Below are positions 38,384 to 48,450 of a DNA stretch of 64,000 nucleotides, one piece after another. The position numbers and the translations under genes were made by a program. Within the stretch, counting starts at the first letter, position 1; every line of letters begins with the position of its first letter. The stretch lies in sequence record NZ_CP110904.1. The stretch is one strand, 5' to 3'. Under the pieces are notes generated by a model. That model was not told the origin of the DNA. It searched no databases and was given only the letters and a program-made list of their open reading frames with translations. This DNA is from a plasmid.

Positions 38384-39307
38384 TTAGTGATCAGAAATGT
38401 CGAGCGTTTGGTCGTTCATTGACGCGGGATCTTCCAACGGTTCCACATGAGTGGTGATATGGATAAAAGGCAGTGCGGTGCGGATATCATTCTCTATACG
38501 CTCGGCCCAGTCGTGCCCATATTGAACAGTCCATCGCCCAGGAACTAGGATGTGCATTGTCATAAACGCCCGCCCGCCAGCCTGGCGTGTACGTAGTGCA
38601 TGGAAATCAAGCCCCTGTTCACGATATCCTGCCAGCAGTGACTCGATTTTTTTGAGTTCTTCCGTGGGTAGCGATACGTCCATCAGACCTGCAGCTGAAC
38701 GACTCATAAGCTGATAACCAGTCCAAACGATGTTGGCTGCGACCAGCAATGCAACGATCGGATCGACCCAAAACCAGCCGGTCAGATAAACCAGTCCGAC
38801 ACCAAAAATGACACCGACCGACGTCCAGACATCGGTCAGCAGGTGATGAGCATCTGCCTCAAGAGTGATAGAGTTGTGCTGCCTGCCAGCCCTTAACAAA
38901 ATGCGAGCCGTCACAAAATTAAGGATTGATGCGACTGTTGAAACCAGTAATCCGAGACCAATCTCCTCAAGCGGCTGTGGAGTTAACATCCGCTCAACTG
39001 CGGTATAGGCGATACTGGCTGCCGCCAATAGGATCAGAAATCCTTCGAAAGCACTCGAGAAATATTCGGCTTTGCCGTGCCCATATGCATGGTTCTCATC
39101 GGCCGGAAGCGCAGCCAAGGTCAGCATCCAGAGCGCCATTAGGGCTCCTGCGAGGTTAACTACGGATTCGATGGCATCAGATAGCAGACCGACCGAACCG
39201 GTCATTTTCCACGCCACACCTTTGAGTCCGATAGTGGCAATAGCCGTGGCAATGGAAAGCCAAGCGTAGTGCGTCAGCGGACGAGGTAACCCTTTTGTTT
39301 TAGTCAT
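38384..39307 (-). CDS. Cation diffusion facilitator (CDF) family metal efflux transporter.
   Basis: Six TM helices. CDF signature region [18 protein letters not shown] with a [10 protein letters not shown] motif, and a C-terminal cytoplasmic domain. Confidence 0.7.
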   Translation of the reverse strand: MTKTKGLPRPLTHYAWLSIATAIATIGLKGVAWKMTGSVGLLSDAIESVVNLAGALMALWMLTLAALPADENHAYGHGKAEYFSSAFEGFLILLAAASIAYTAVERMLTPQPLEEIGLGLLVSTVASILNFVTARILLRAGRQHNSITLEADAHHLLTDVWTSVGVIFGVGLVYLTGWFWVDPIVALLVAANIVWTGYQLMSRSAAGLMDVSLPTEELKKIESLLAGYREQGLDFHALRTRQAGGRAFMTMHILVPGRWTVQYGHDWAERIENDIRTALPFIHITTHVEPLEDPASMNDQTLDISDH

Positions 39308-39506
39308 TATTAACTTCCTAAAATAGGACGACTAACTCACATTTCTATCCATGATAGATAATTAAACAATCATTTCGCCATGAATATTTTTTCGTTTTTA
39401 TTAAATTTAATTAAAAAGTCTCTGCAAGTGCTGTTTCATCTTCTAGTAAACTAAATTTTATTTTTAGGGTTTTCTTCAACTTGAAGTAATATTATCTCAC
39501 AACAGA

Positions 39507-40079
39507 TTAGTCACTTAGGTTAACTGAGCGGCTTTTATATTTTTCAATTAAAATATGCAAAACTCCCATTGCACCATGTGCATAAAAATAGACCTCAATG
39601 AAAGTAGTAAAGAACTTATGCCAGTGGATTACTGTTTCAGCCAGATTTGACTGCATGGTATTCAACAAGAACCATAGGCCACCTGAAAGTGCTACAATTA
39701 GCAATGCTAGAACTCCAAATCCTTGGATTGTACTGGCAATACCTCCCGAATGTGCATCGGGCAGTCGGAAACTAGTCAACGTTTTTATATCTTGCTTAAT
39801 ACCACTAAAGTCAAGCCCTACCCATGAAAAATAATAAGTAAAACCTCTTTGAGTAAGCATCCAACTTAACATAATAAAACCACAAATAATCAGTCCTAAC
39901 CCTGAAATAATGTGCATCCAGGTTATAACTCCTTCAAGACTATGTTCACCAATTGCTTCGGTCTCTGTCAGATTAGAGTTAATAATTTGTGATAATATTA
40001 GAAATGCCACAATGATGTGAAGAATACGAAAAAAAGGAGCGTAATCATGGGGTAATAGATTCCAGAGTCGCAATTTCAT
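39507..40079 (-). CDS. Cytochrome b561-like four-helix membrane protein (start at MKLRLW).
   Basis: Four TM segments with conserved His residues (HIIVAF, HIISGL, HWHKFF, HGAMGVLH). The region is AT-rich. Confidence 0.4.
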   Translation of the reverse strand: MKLRLWNLLPHDYAPFFRILHIIVAFLILSQIINSNLTETEAIGEHSLEGVITWMHIISGLGLIICGFIMLSWMLTQRGFTYYFSWVGLDFSGIKQDIKTLTSFRLPDAHSGGIASTIQGFGVLALLIVALSGGLWFLLNTMQSNLAETVIHWHKFFTTFIEVYFYAHGAMGVLHILIEKYKSRSVNLSD

Positions 40080-40513
40080 TAATGAGTCCTTAGTAAATTT
40101 ATCGATGATCTTAATCATACAAAAGAATTATTAGGATAACCTTAATTCTTAAAATTGCAGCAGGCATTAGTTCACCTCTGATATGGCCACTTGCGAAATG
40201 GGAATGGTAACTGTTATTACTATGTGTTTACTTGCTGTTCTTGTTACGCAGCCCCTTAAACACATTACTTTCAAATATGATTTCCTGCTGGGTTTAAATA
40301 TGTGTCTTTCTATAGTGCGGCAACCTATTTTTACACCAACTCATGAATTAAATAAGAATCATAAATTAAATGAGAGGTTTAATTCTCTTGCTTAACACGA
40401 TGATATTAAATGGAAATTTTAATTTTTGTAATTTATTAAACAGTTAGAATGAGACATGGTAAATACGATCTTCCTTTAGATAATTCTGATAGCACTTTTT
40501 CTACTGGGCAGTC

Positions 40514-41784
40514 TGCAATGTCCGCTTCTCGCTGTGAGTTCAATGGGTCGATGCAACGCTATCCTTAATCAAGGGGGACGTTGTCATGAAACGAAGAACT
40601 CGGATTAACTACACGCCAGAGCAGAAGGCAATTATCTGGGACAGATATAAGCAAGGTGATTCTCTACATGATATCGCCAGAATGTTCGACAGATATCATT
40701 CTTCCATTATGCCCACTATCCACCAGACAGGCGGCTACCGTCCTCCCGTGCGAAAACGGCACCGATTAGCGCTTTCGCTTGATGAAAGAGAGGAGATATC
40801 CAGAGGGCTGGTAGCAAAACTCAGCATCAGGGACATCGCCGCCAAATTATCAAGAGCGCCCTCAACGATTAGCCGCGAGGTCAGGAGGCACAGTGGTGCA
40901 AAACAATACCGAGCAGCAAAAGCCGATGCTACTGCGTGGGAAAATGCGCTGAGACCAAAACCGTGCAAGCTAATTGAAAGCCCCGCATTGTGTAAAATCA
41001 TTGCAGAGAAGATGCATCAGGACTGGTCGCCGGAACAGATCGCCGGTTGGCTGAAACGTTGTTATCCGGATAATCAGGAAATGCATGTGTCACACGAAAC
41101 GATTTATAAAACGCTTTTTATACAAACCCGGGGAGCATTAAAAAAAGAGCTGCAGCAATGCCTCAGAAGCGGAAGAGCAGTGCGTAGATCCAGAACGTCA
41201 TCGCTTAAAGGGAAAGGATTAGGGTCAATCCCGAACACGATACCTATCAGCGAAAGGCCACCAGAGGCGGCTGACAGAGCCATTCCAGGTCACTGGGAAG
41301 GTGACTTGATTCAGGGCTCGAAAAACTCCTATATAATCACCCTCGTAGAACGTCATTCCCGTTTTGTTATGCTGGCGAAGATCAGAGACAACAAGACCAT
41401 AACGGTTATATCTGCACTCATCAGACAAGCCCGGGAATTACCTGCTGAACTTTATAAAACATTAACCTGGGACCGGGGCGCTGAAATGACCAGCCACACC
41501 CGGTTTACTGTAGCCACAGATATTCAGGTTTACTTCTGCGATCCTCAATCCCCCTGGCAACGTGGCTCAAATGAAAATACGAACAGATTGCTCAGACAAT
41601 ATTTTCCAAAAGGAACTGACTTATCGGTTCACAGCCAGCAAAGACTTAACAGTGTTGCCAGACAGCTCAACGAAAGGCCGAGAAAAACGCTAGACTATGA
41701 ATCACCCGCAGAACGGTTCAATAAGTGTGTTGCGTCCATCAGTTGAACTCACAGCTCTTAGCGGACATTAGCATAGGCTATTTA
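40514..41784 (+). mobile_element. IS30-family insertion sequence.
   Basis: Imperfect terminal inverted repeats TGCAATGTCCGCTTCTCGCTGTGAGTTCAA at the left end and TTGAACTCACAGCTCTTAGCGGACATTAGCA at the right end, enclosing one transposase gene. Confidence 0.65.
40586..41746 (+). CDS. IS30-family DDE transposase.
   Basis: N-terminal HTH. HWEGDLI (first catalytic D region) and a WDRGAEM region, typical of IS30 transposases. Confidence 0.8.
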   Translation: MKRRTRINYTPEQKAIIWDRYKQGDSLHDIARMFDRYHSSIMPTIHQTGGYRPPVRKRHRLALSLDEREEISRGLVAKLSIRDIAAKLSRAPSTISREVRRHSGAKQYRAAKADATAWENALRPKPCKLIESPALCKIIAEKMHQDWSPEQIAGWLKRCYPDNQEMHVSHETIYKTLFIQTRGALKKELQQCLRSGRAVRRSRTSSLKGKGLGSIPNTIPISERPPEAADRAIPGHWEGDLIQGSKNSYIITLVERHSRFVMLAKIRDNKTITVISALIRQARELPAELYKTLTWDRGAEMTSHTRFTVATDIQVYFCDPQSPWQRGSNENTNRLLRQYFPKGTDLSVHSQQRLNSVARQLNERPRKTLDYESPAERFNKCVASIS

Positions 41785-41944
41785 CCATAACGCCGCATTA
41801 CGCGTACCGCTCAGACGGCCTGAGCGCGTTTCTGACGTGTCCCCGTTAAAAACAGTAACAAACCACCCGAAAATGCACGCCAGAAACGCTACGTAAGAAT
41901 CTATCCTATGACTGGATATGCACTCAACTGAATAACGCCTGGTT

Positions 41945-43285
41945 TCAGTCCATTTTATCGGGATCAGCCTTCTTTCTGGGTAATTTAGGGGGCTTCACTT
42001 GCTGATTACTTTGCGTGCGGCGCGTGAGCCAAGGATGGTCAGCTTTAGGTTTTACGTAGAATTTTGAGCGTAAATCAAAACGGGCATTATCCACACGTTC
42101 ATGGACACTTTTTTCATCATCCAGTGGTATAGGCTCCGGGCCATCAACATATTTTTCCCATCCCAACGCTTTCCCATCATACAGAACCTTAATTTCACCG
42201 TTAAAGCTTTCGCATACCGTGACAACCGAATGCCGAAGTCGATATCCCCGGCCTTCACTGCGAATCTGAAACGCACTGCTTTTGTACTGGAAAGTGAGAT
42301 TTTTGGAGAGAACGCGCTTCGCCTGGAGGCTGAAGATATAACCCAGTTCCTCTTCAGAATGGTGTACATCAAGATGGGCGTTATCAGCAATACGAGGCGG
42401 CGTAGCAAACCGGTTGTTATAGGCTTCAATAAAGGTCGGCAACCATGCGTTTGCTGTTTCAATATCACTGATACCCTGAAGCCGCATTTCTTTGACCAGC
42501 CTGTCCTGCAGTGTCTGATTGGCACGCTCTACCCGCCCTTTTGCCTGCGGGCTGTTGGCATGGATTGGCTCGATGCCCAGTGTCTTTATCGCACGTGTGA
42601 ACTGAGTCAACTCTCCTTCCCGCTCCGGGTTATTTACTCTGAATATACTGTGTCTGTCAGAATAGAGAGCCAGTGGTACGCCATGATCATTAAGGTAACC
42701 CCGGAGGGTTTCCATGTAAGCCCGGGTTGTTTCTGCAGGAGCGAATCGTAGCGCCATCAGAGCGCTGGTAGCATCATCGATAAAGACTATCAGTGTGCAT
42801 TTGGGGCCCCGACCTTCAAACCAGTCATGAGGCGAGCCATCAATCTGGATGAGTTCACCGTAGGATGGGCGCCGCATCCGGCGCTGATAAATTCGGGCAA
42901 ACTTACGACGACGTTCGCGCCATATGCCCTCCTCTACCATCCACTTCCTGAGAGTTTCAATGGATAAACACAAGCCGTGTATCTCGCGCAATTTTTCGCA
43001 CGCAAGCGTAGGTCCAAAATCAGCGTAGCGGCCTTTGAGGAGTGAAATTACTGTTGCTCTGAATTCGGTAGAAAAGGAATTATTGGGACGCTTTCCACGT
43101 CGGCGGGAAACTAGACCAGAAGGCCCTTCATTTCTATACCGTTGCACCAGACGTTTAACCTGCCGAATAGAAATGCCAATGCGTGCCGCAGCTTGTTCCT
43201 GAGTAATATGGCGATTAAGTGACTCCTGAATAATGTGAAGTCGGTCGAGTTCCTTATGACTCATCGTAACAGTCTCTTTGATCAT
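41945..43285 (-). CDS. IS481/ISNCY-type DDE transposase (integrase catalytic core).
   Basis: N-terminal HTH. DDE triad regions LIQIDGSPHDWF, LYSDRHSIF and KGRVERANQTLQDRL. Confidence 0.65.
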   Translation of the reverse strand: MIKETVTMSHKELDRLHIIQESLNRHITQEQAAARIGISIRQVKRLVQRYRNEGPSGLVSRRRGKRPNNSFSTEFRATVISLLKGRYADFGPTLACEKLREIHGLCLSIETLRKWMVEEGIWRERRRKFARIYQRRMRRPSYGELIQIDGSPHDWFEGRGPKCTLIVFIDDATSALMALRFAPAETTRAYMETLRGYLNDHGVPLALYSDRHSIFRVNNPEREGELTQFTRAIKTLGIEPIHANSPQAKGRVERANQTLQDRLVKEMRLQGISDIETANAWLPTFIEAYNNRFATPPRIADNAHLDVHHSEEELGYIFSLQAKRVLSKNLTFQYKSSAFQIRSEGRGYRLRHSVVTVCESFNGEIKVLYDGKALGWEKYVDGPEPIPLDDEKSVHERVDNARFDLRSKFYVKPKADHPWLTRRTQSNQQVKPPKLPRKKADPDKMD

Positions 43286-43718
43286 GAAAAATCCCCCAGA
43301 GAATTGTCTGGGGACATTTTAGAATGGTTCAAAGGGGACATTACAGCTTGGTGTTAACACATGGCTTCTTCTCCTTGCATTTTTGCAGGTAAGAGGCTAA
43401 CCTTTAATGTGACTAGCATCAGGGGCCTCGGGTTAATTTGAAAAAATTACTCGGGGCTTTCTGCTTTTTACCACAGTCAAACAGTGATTCTGCTGGCTGG
43501 GGCAAAAGCCTCCAGCACCGAAGCCATTATACCACCCAGCCCCCTTCAAACGAACAGGTCGACCGCCTAAATATTTAATAAGTAAGTATTTCAGGTTTTG
43601 CTGCCTCGCAGGCCGTAACAGCGGACGGCTGACGTAATCGCTGACGAAACAGACGGATGCAAATCTCTACACTCAACGCCGCCAGCCCGTCCGGTCCCCC
43701 GCTTCTTTCCGGCTGTAA

Positions 43719-44339
43719 TCAGTCAGTCTTCGAACCCGCGATCAGTGACAAACGGTGAGCACGAACACAACTGTGCATTAGGCTATCCGGGTAATGGGCG
43801 ATTTTCTCCAGTTTCTCATCGAGGCGGGTATACGTCAGTCGCCTGATTTTCGTTAGTTCCTCGTGAAGCCAGCGTTTGATAAAGGGATTGCTGGAAAGCA
43901 GCACCAAATCGGAGTCCTCCACTTCATCAAAAAGCCAGACGGGTTTTGCCGGAGTAAGACGATAGAGCCAGGGACGCGAATAGTCCCCCGTCGCAATCAG
44001 GAACCAGACAACAATGCCAAGTGCGAGCTCCATGACCAGCATCAGGGTAAACTGAATATCCCGGACGTCAGGCTCTCCGGTAAAGCTCATCAGTCGGTCG
44101 CCAGTTGCCACACGCTGGATAATACATACCAGCATCAGCAGAGCAAGCAAAAGCCCCATGAGCAGCCCGCCATTCACCTCAAAAGTAGCTTTCTGGACGC
44201 GATCAGGCGGTACCTGTCTACGGTAGCGGCCGACCACTTCGCCGATCAGTTCCCTGATGGCCATGCGTTCTTCATCGACCGTTGTTGCGGTATATCCGGA
44301 CGGGTCCGATTCAGTTTGGTTCATGTACCCTCTCCTCAC
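43719..44339 (-). CDS. Hypothetical membrane protein.
   Basis: Two or three TM segments (LLMGLLLALLMLVCII; LALGIVVWFLIA). Confidence 0.3.
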   Translation of the reverse strand: MRRGYMNQTESDPSGYTATTVDEERMAIRELIGEVVGRYRRQVPPDRVQKATFEVNGGLLMGLLLALLMLVCIIQRVATGDRLMSFTGEPDVRDIQFTLMLVMELALGIVVWFLIATGDYSRPWLYRLTPAKPVWLFDEVEDSDLVLLSSNPFIKRWLHEELTKIRRLTYTRLDEKLEKIAHYPDSLMHSCVRAHRLSLIAGSKTD

Positions 44340-44560
44340 TCTGAAAATTAATGGTCACAGACACGCTGATCATACCCGGTGAACGGGAGCTAGTTTGCGG
44401 GTTAAGGGCTCGAAAAAAACGGGATTAAAGAGGGAAATGACAGCAGGAAGGTGGGATGCAATGAGCTGTTTTGTTTCCCTACAGTTAAGTGGGGGGGGAA
44501 ACTGCCATCACCGGAATACGCTGAGAACGGAACGGGCCAAACCGATAAGATGGACGGGCG

Positions 44561-44842
44561 CTATTTTGATTCCAATATTCGGGATTTTTCTTCCCGCGTC
44601 GCCAAACGGGCACTTCCGGAACGGTCGCGGATGAGTAGCGGCTTATCTTTTTTCCAGCTACTTATCGCCGTTTCCCCGAACCGACGCGGCGCATTGCGGT
44701 TCCAGCTGGCGATAACGTGGTTATCGTAAACCTCCTGAATAACGACAGAATGAAGAGTTACTGTCTTAATGGTGGTATTGCCCATTTTGGTTCGGAAGAG
44801 TGACCAAACGGTCATCCCCGCCTCCAACTGACTGAGTTTCAT
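44561..44842 (-). CDS. Hypothetical protein.
   Basis: 93-aa ORF. Confidence 0.2.
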   Translation of the reverse strand: MKLSQLEAGMTVWSLFRTKMGNTTIKTVTLHSVVIQEVYDNHVIASWNRNAPRRFGETAISSWKKDKPLLIRDRSGSARLATREEKSRILESK

Positions 44843-45149
44843 CTTTGCTCCGGTGATATCGGGGAAGTCGACGTGGTGACGTATTTAATCATAATCACTC
44901 ACAGCGGATAATGCCGCCAGGTAACAGGGTACTGTCAGCCCAGGCATGAGCAGTCCTTACGGCTATCGTGATTCGGCCAGTGTGCGGGTAATAGTCGCAC
45001 GCTGACGCTGACGCTCAGCCTTACGCTGGCTGCGGCGGTAAAGCGGTTTCGCAGCAGCATAACGGCAATCCTCCGGGTAGTACCAGCAGCAGCCACAGGG
45101 CTCAGGCTGCGGTTTTCCGGCAAGTCCAAATGGTTTCATAATGTCACCT

Positions 45150-45503
45150 TTAAATGGAAATATTGTTCAGTTCCCGGCCTTCAGACACGGGTTCATTAAT
45201 GAAGCGGCGTTGCATAAACAGGTACAGATAACCCTCTGTCGAGAACATACAAAGATTCTCAGTAATACAGGCATCGAGATATTCTGTGTCGCTCTGGAGT
45301 CGTTTAATGACGCTCATCTGGTTAGCCGCCGACTGAATCAGCGGATAGCCATTAACAGCACGATGAATACCTGAGCGGAATAACGAACGAGCCTTTCCAA
45401 TCTTTTCCCGAGCAGCGGTCATTTCCATCTCGATAACCGACTGTCGCGCAAGATTAATAGCATCGCCGGATAATTCCGCAAAGCTGACCAGAGACTTATT
45501 CAT
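45150..45503 (-). CDS. Hypothetical protein.
   Basis: 117-aa ORF followed by a stem-loop at about 45700–45728. Confidence 0.3.
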   Translation of the reverse strand: MNKSLVSFAELSGDAINLARQSVIEMEMTAAREKIGKARSLFRSGIHRAVNGYPLIQSAANQMSVIKRLQSDTEYLDACITENLCMFSTEGYLYLFMQRRFINEPVSEGRELNNISI

Positions 45504-45732
45504 CTAAAACTCCTTTCAGAAATGTGAGCTCATTATATCAATACGGCCTCTGGCCCAAATAACCCGTGGTGAAATATTTTGACGAATATCTGAAAAGTGA
45601 AAATGGCAACCGGGAAAAGGACGGGTTTTATTTTAAGTGTGCCGATGACGTCTGACAGGGGAATTAAATTTGACGGTCTTTGATTTAAAAAAAGGTAGAA
45701 GGAGGTCACCTGGACACCTCCTTCTCCGGCGC

Positions 45733-46011
45733 TCAGTTTGAGAATACGTTAACGCTGTAGCGTCTACCGAGCACCTCGGCAGTGGTATCCACAATTTTCT
45801 GAATATCATCGGTAATCGCGGGTTTACTGAATGCGACAGTATGCAGTTCGCCAGCTTGTTCCGCCGTCGCGCCATCATGAAAGCGGCTGGCATCGTACAG
45901 CTGGACCCGGAGCGTCCGGGTGTGATCAACATGGGGCAATGTTCTTCTCCTGTTCAGCCAGTCGCCATAAGCGTTAATAATCACTTTCTTCCGGTTGCGG
46001 CTGAGTGACAA
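45733..46011 (-). CDS. Hypothetical protein.
   Basis: 92-aa ORF whose start overlaps the upstream 74-aa gene. Confidence 0.25.
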   Translation of the reverse strand: MSLSRNRKKVIINAYGDWLNRRRTLPHVDHTRTLRVQLYDASRFHDGATAEQAGELHTVAFSKPAITDDIQKIVDTTAEVLGRRYSVNVFSN

Positions 46012-46198
46012 ACTGGTACTTTACTCCATTAGGGACACCAACGGCTTTTGCTACGGATTCACACAGCAGCGACAGGTCATTCAGCGTCATCGGATATTCG
46101 ATGTCGACTGAATATAGGGCCCCGGCATTCTCGGCGTCTTCGATGTTTTTAAACTGGGCGCTGAAAATGGCGACGGTAGAAATTTCAATGTTGTGCAT
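45974..46198 (-). CDS. Conserved 74-aa hypothetical protein (paralog of 52571..52795).
   Basis: Shares ALYSV(D/E)(I/V)EYPMTLNDLSLLCESVAKA with the second copy. A terminator hairpin sits just upstream. Confidence 0.45.
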   Translation of the reverse strand: MHNIEISTVAIFSAQFKNIEDAENAGALYSVDIEYPMTLNDLSLLCESVAKAVGVPNGVKYQFVTQPQPEESDY

Positions 46199-46247
46199 GA
46201 GTCAGTCCTTATGAAAAAAAAGCCACCGAAAGGTGGCTGAGTAAAAG

Positions 46248-46451
46248 TTACTGCGCCTGGCTGGCCTTGTCCGCATTTTTGGTGTAACCAACTCGGGCAA
46301 TGACGACGGCAATTGCAAGGAGAGCAGCGAGACCGCCGTAGAATACAGATCGGGAAACATCGGCGAACATATCGCTCAAGTTATCAACGCCGAGGAGAAA
46401 TACACAGATAATGACGATAAAGCGAACTGGTTTGCTATAAAACAATTTCAT
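46248..46451 (-). CDS. Small membrane protein.
   Basis: Two hydrophobic segments. Followed by the hairpin gccaccgaaaggtggc plus a T-run. Confidence 0.35.
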   Translation of the reverse strand: MKLFYSKPVRFIVIICVFLLGVDNLSDMFADVSRSVFYGGLAALLAIAVVIARVGYTKNADKASQAQ

Positions 46452-46643
46452 CAGTAGCTATCCTTCTGGGGTGAAATGACAACAGCATTACACCACATCA
46501 GATACCGTTTTTTTTTCGCTAACGGGCCTATTTTGACCAGAAAAAAATAGCGCCTCAGGGTTGGCAATGGCGAGGTTCTTTTCGAGGTACCTGTGGTCAT
46601 CCCGTCCTGATATCAGAGAGAAAAACGGTTCCAATTGAAAAAT

Positions 46644-46937
46644 TTAGTCGCGTTCGATGGACCTCAGGAGATCACTCCCAGTGGCGCTCAGCTTGACCTG
46701 ATAATAACTTCCCGGTAAAGGCCGCTGGGACGGATTAACCAGCTCAACCAACCCAAGCCGAAAGAGGACCGGGGTGCTACGGCATCGCACATCATCCGAT
46801 GCCCCCCTATACATCCGGCATTCCCGGGCCCGACGAAATTCACCGCAGATCTCATACTTCGTTCCGCTTGCCAGACGATGCAACACATAGATTTGGGCCT
46901 GTGTAAGCGGGGAAATAGGTCGCTTTGTGTCAGCCAT
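46644..46937 (-). CDS. Hypothetical protein.
   Basis: 97-aa ORF. Confidence 0.25.
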   Translation of the reverse strand: MADTKRPISPLTQAQIYVLHRLASGTKYEICGEFRRARECRMYRGASDDVRCRSTPVLFRLGLVELVNPSQRPLPGSYYQVKLSATGSDLLRSIERD

Positions 46938-47020
46938 AATACTCCTTTTAAGGTGGGTCTGTTCGGCTGGCTGAAAGATCAGGGACAGACCATGTTAGAC
47001 CGATACAGCCTGTGACTCGT

Positions 47021-47512
47021 TTATCCATTCACCAGCGTTATTTTTGTAGGGGATACTTTGAGACTAAAAGCCTTAAGTTTCTTTTCGATTGCGAGTTCAA
47101 ACCACTCAAGCGGTACAGTAACTGTACTATCATCTCCTCCCATAATCTGATCAGACTCATAATTCCAATCTTCATCAAGCGACGGATTCATTCCACGGGC
47201 ATAGATAGCTGTATCTCGGGAGACAGGACTTCCATCCAGAGAAGCATTGGTAATCAGACAGACGCCATGACCTTTTACCAGAGTAATCTGAGGGGTCAGA
47301 CGGGTCTGAACCATATGCTTTGGCGATGGCCAGAAAACTTCCCCTGCCAGGCAAGCTTCTTTTTCCGTCTTACCAGCTTCGTTAAGAGGCACCCCCCCCG
47401 GATAATTTGTTGGCTCAAAAAGCTGATCAACGGTTGCAAGGAATTGCTCCGCTGACTGGATTTCTTTAAGCAGTTTTTTTACCCCTGAAATCTCGAATGT
47501 TAATCTGCTCAT
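47021..47512 (-). CDS. Hypothetical protein.
   Basis: 163-aa ORF. Confidence 0.3.
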   Translation of the reverse strand: MSRLTFEISGVKKLLKEIQSAEQFLATVDQLFEPTNYPGGVPLNEAGKTEKEACLAGEVFWPSPKHMVQTRLTPQITLVKGHGVCLITNASLDGSPVSRDTAIYARGMNPSLDEDWNYESDQIMGGDDSTVTVPLEWFELAIEKKLKAFSLKVSPTKITLVNG

Positions 47513-47516
47513 CTGA

Positions 47517-47975
47517 TTATTCTCCGCAATCCGGCGCTAGCATCAAATGCTTGGTTGCCAAGAGCAGCTCTTTGACGTCAGCAGGAGAAACCTCCCCATT
47601 GCCTTCGACAGCGTCCTGTAAACGCTGACGCGTCGCCTGAATCGTATCAGACGACAGAGATGCAAGTTTGCTCAATACCGCGTTAGCTTTTTCCACTGCG
47701 GGATACAGGGCTTCTGAGGTGGTATTGTCTACATCATTATCGAAGACCAGCTCAGACTCCATATTAATATTGTCTTCAAGCCAGCTAGAAAGAATATCAA
47801 GAAAAGACATGACTTTATTAATCTGCATTTTTTGCCCTCGGTTGGTGTAAACCCAATATAACAAACCGACTCTCCCGGCTAATAACCCAAAGAGCAAAAA
47901 AATAGATAAATTAGATAGGACAGAATTTAGTTTAAAAAGGTGTAAAGACAGACCCGCTATAAATAAACTCAGCAC
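47517..47975 (-). CDS. Hypothetical protein with an N-terminal membrane segment.
   Basis: 152-aa ORF. Operon with 47021..47512. Confidence 0.3.
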   Translation of the reverse strand: MLSLFIAGLSLHLFKLNSVLSNLSIFLLFGLLAGRVGLLYWVYTNRGQKMQINKVMSFLDILSSWLEDNINMESELVFDNDVDNTTSEALYPAVEKANAVLSKLASLSSDTIQATRQRLQDAVEGNGEVSPADVKELLLATKHLMLAPDCGE

Positions 47976-48026
47976 TGAAGGAAAAAACCTTCCATATCGG
48001 AAGGCTTATGGTGCATCAGGTAAAAA

Positions 48027-48407
48027 CTACTGCTGCTTCTGGAACGCGACGAACGTCGCGAAAACAGCTATCAACACTGCCATGAAGTAAACCAGGTATG
48101 AGCCGGATTGCCAGATATTTACGCCGAAAAAAGAAAGTAACTTTCCGTCCGGGATAATAGAAAAAGCCAGGTTCCATAATCCGGTCAGTACAACCTGAGC
48201 GATAATCATTTTTCCCAGCGCACCCAGTTCCTGAGTTGCATACATTGCAGCCATTACAAATGTCAGAACTACCACAAGGAGAGCAGACAAAGCCACAACC
48301 GAAATGCTCAGTCCGACGGACGTAAATATAATGGCTTCTTTAAAAGCCAGACCTGTAAACCCCCAGATCAGAATGACTAAAATGAAAAACAACAGGATAA
48401 ATTTCAT
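48027..48407 (-). CDS. Polytopic small membrane protein.
   Basis: Four hydrophobic helices in 126 aa. Confidence 0.4.
   Translation of the reverse strand: MKFILLFFILVILIWGFTGLAFKEAIIFTSVGLSISVVALSALLVVVLTFVMAAMYATQELGALGKMIIAQVVLTGLWNLAFSIIPDGKLLSFFGVNIWQSGSYLVYFMAVLIAVFATFVAFQKQQ
48131..48147. promoter_or_regulatory. Dispersed palindrome copy, intragenic.
   Basis: AGAAAGTAACTTTCCG. Confidence 0.45.
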
Positions 48408-48450
48408 TAAAATTGCGTCCCTCTTTCAGTGGTAGAATCTGGCTACGATG

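Noticed and set aside
44935-45138. Track ORF 44935..45129 (low complexity), and an alternative 59-aa Cys-rich basic ORF in another frame (MKPFGLAGKPQPEPCGCCWYYPEDC...).
   Set aside because: Both are short and compositionally biased with no motif. Too weak to call.
46248-46451. A 67-aa membrane ORF as a Hok-type toxin.
   Set aside because: Its sequence does not match the Hok consensus. The genuine hok is at 37366–37524.
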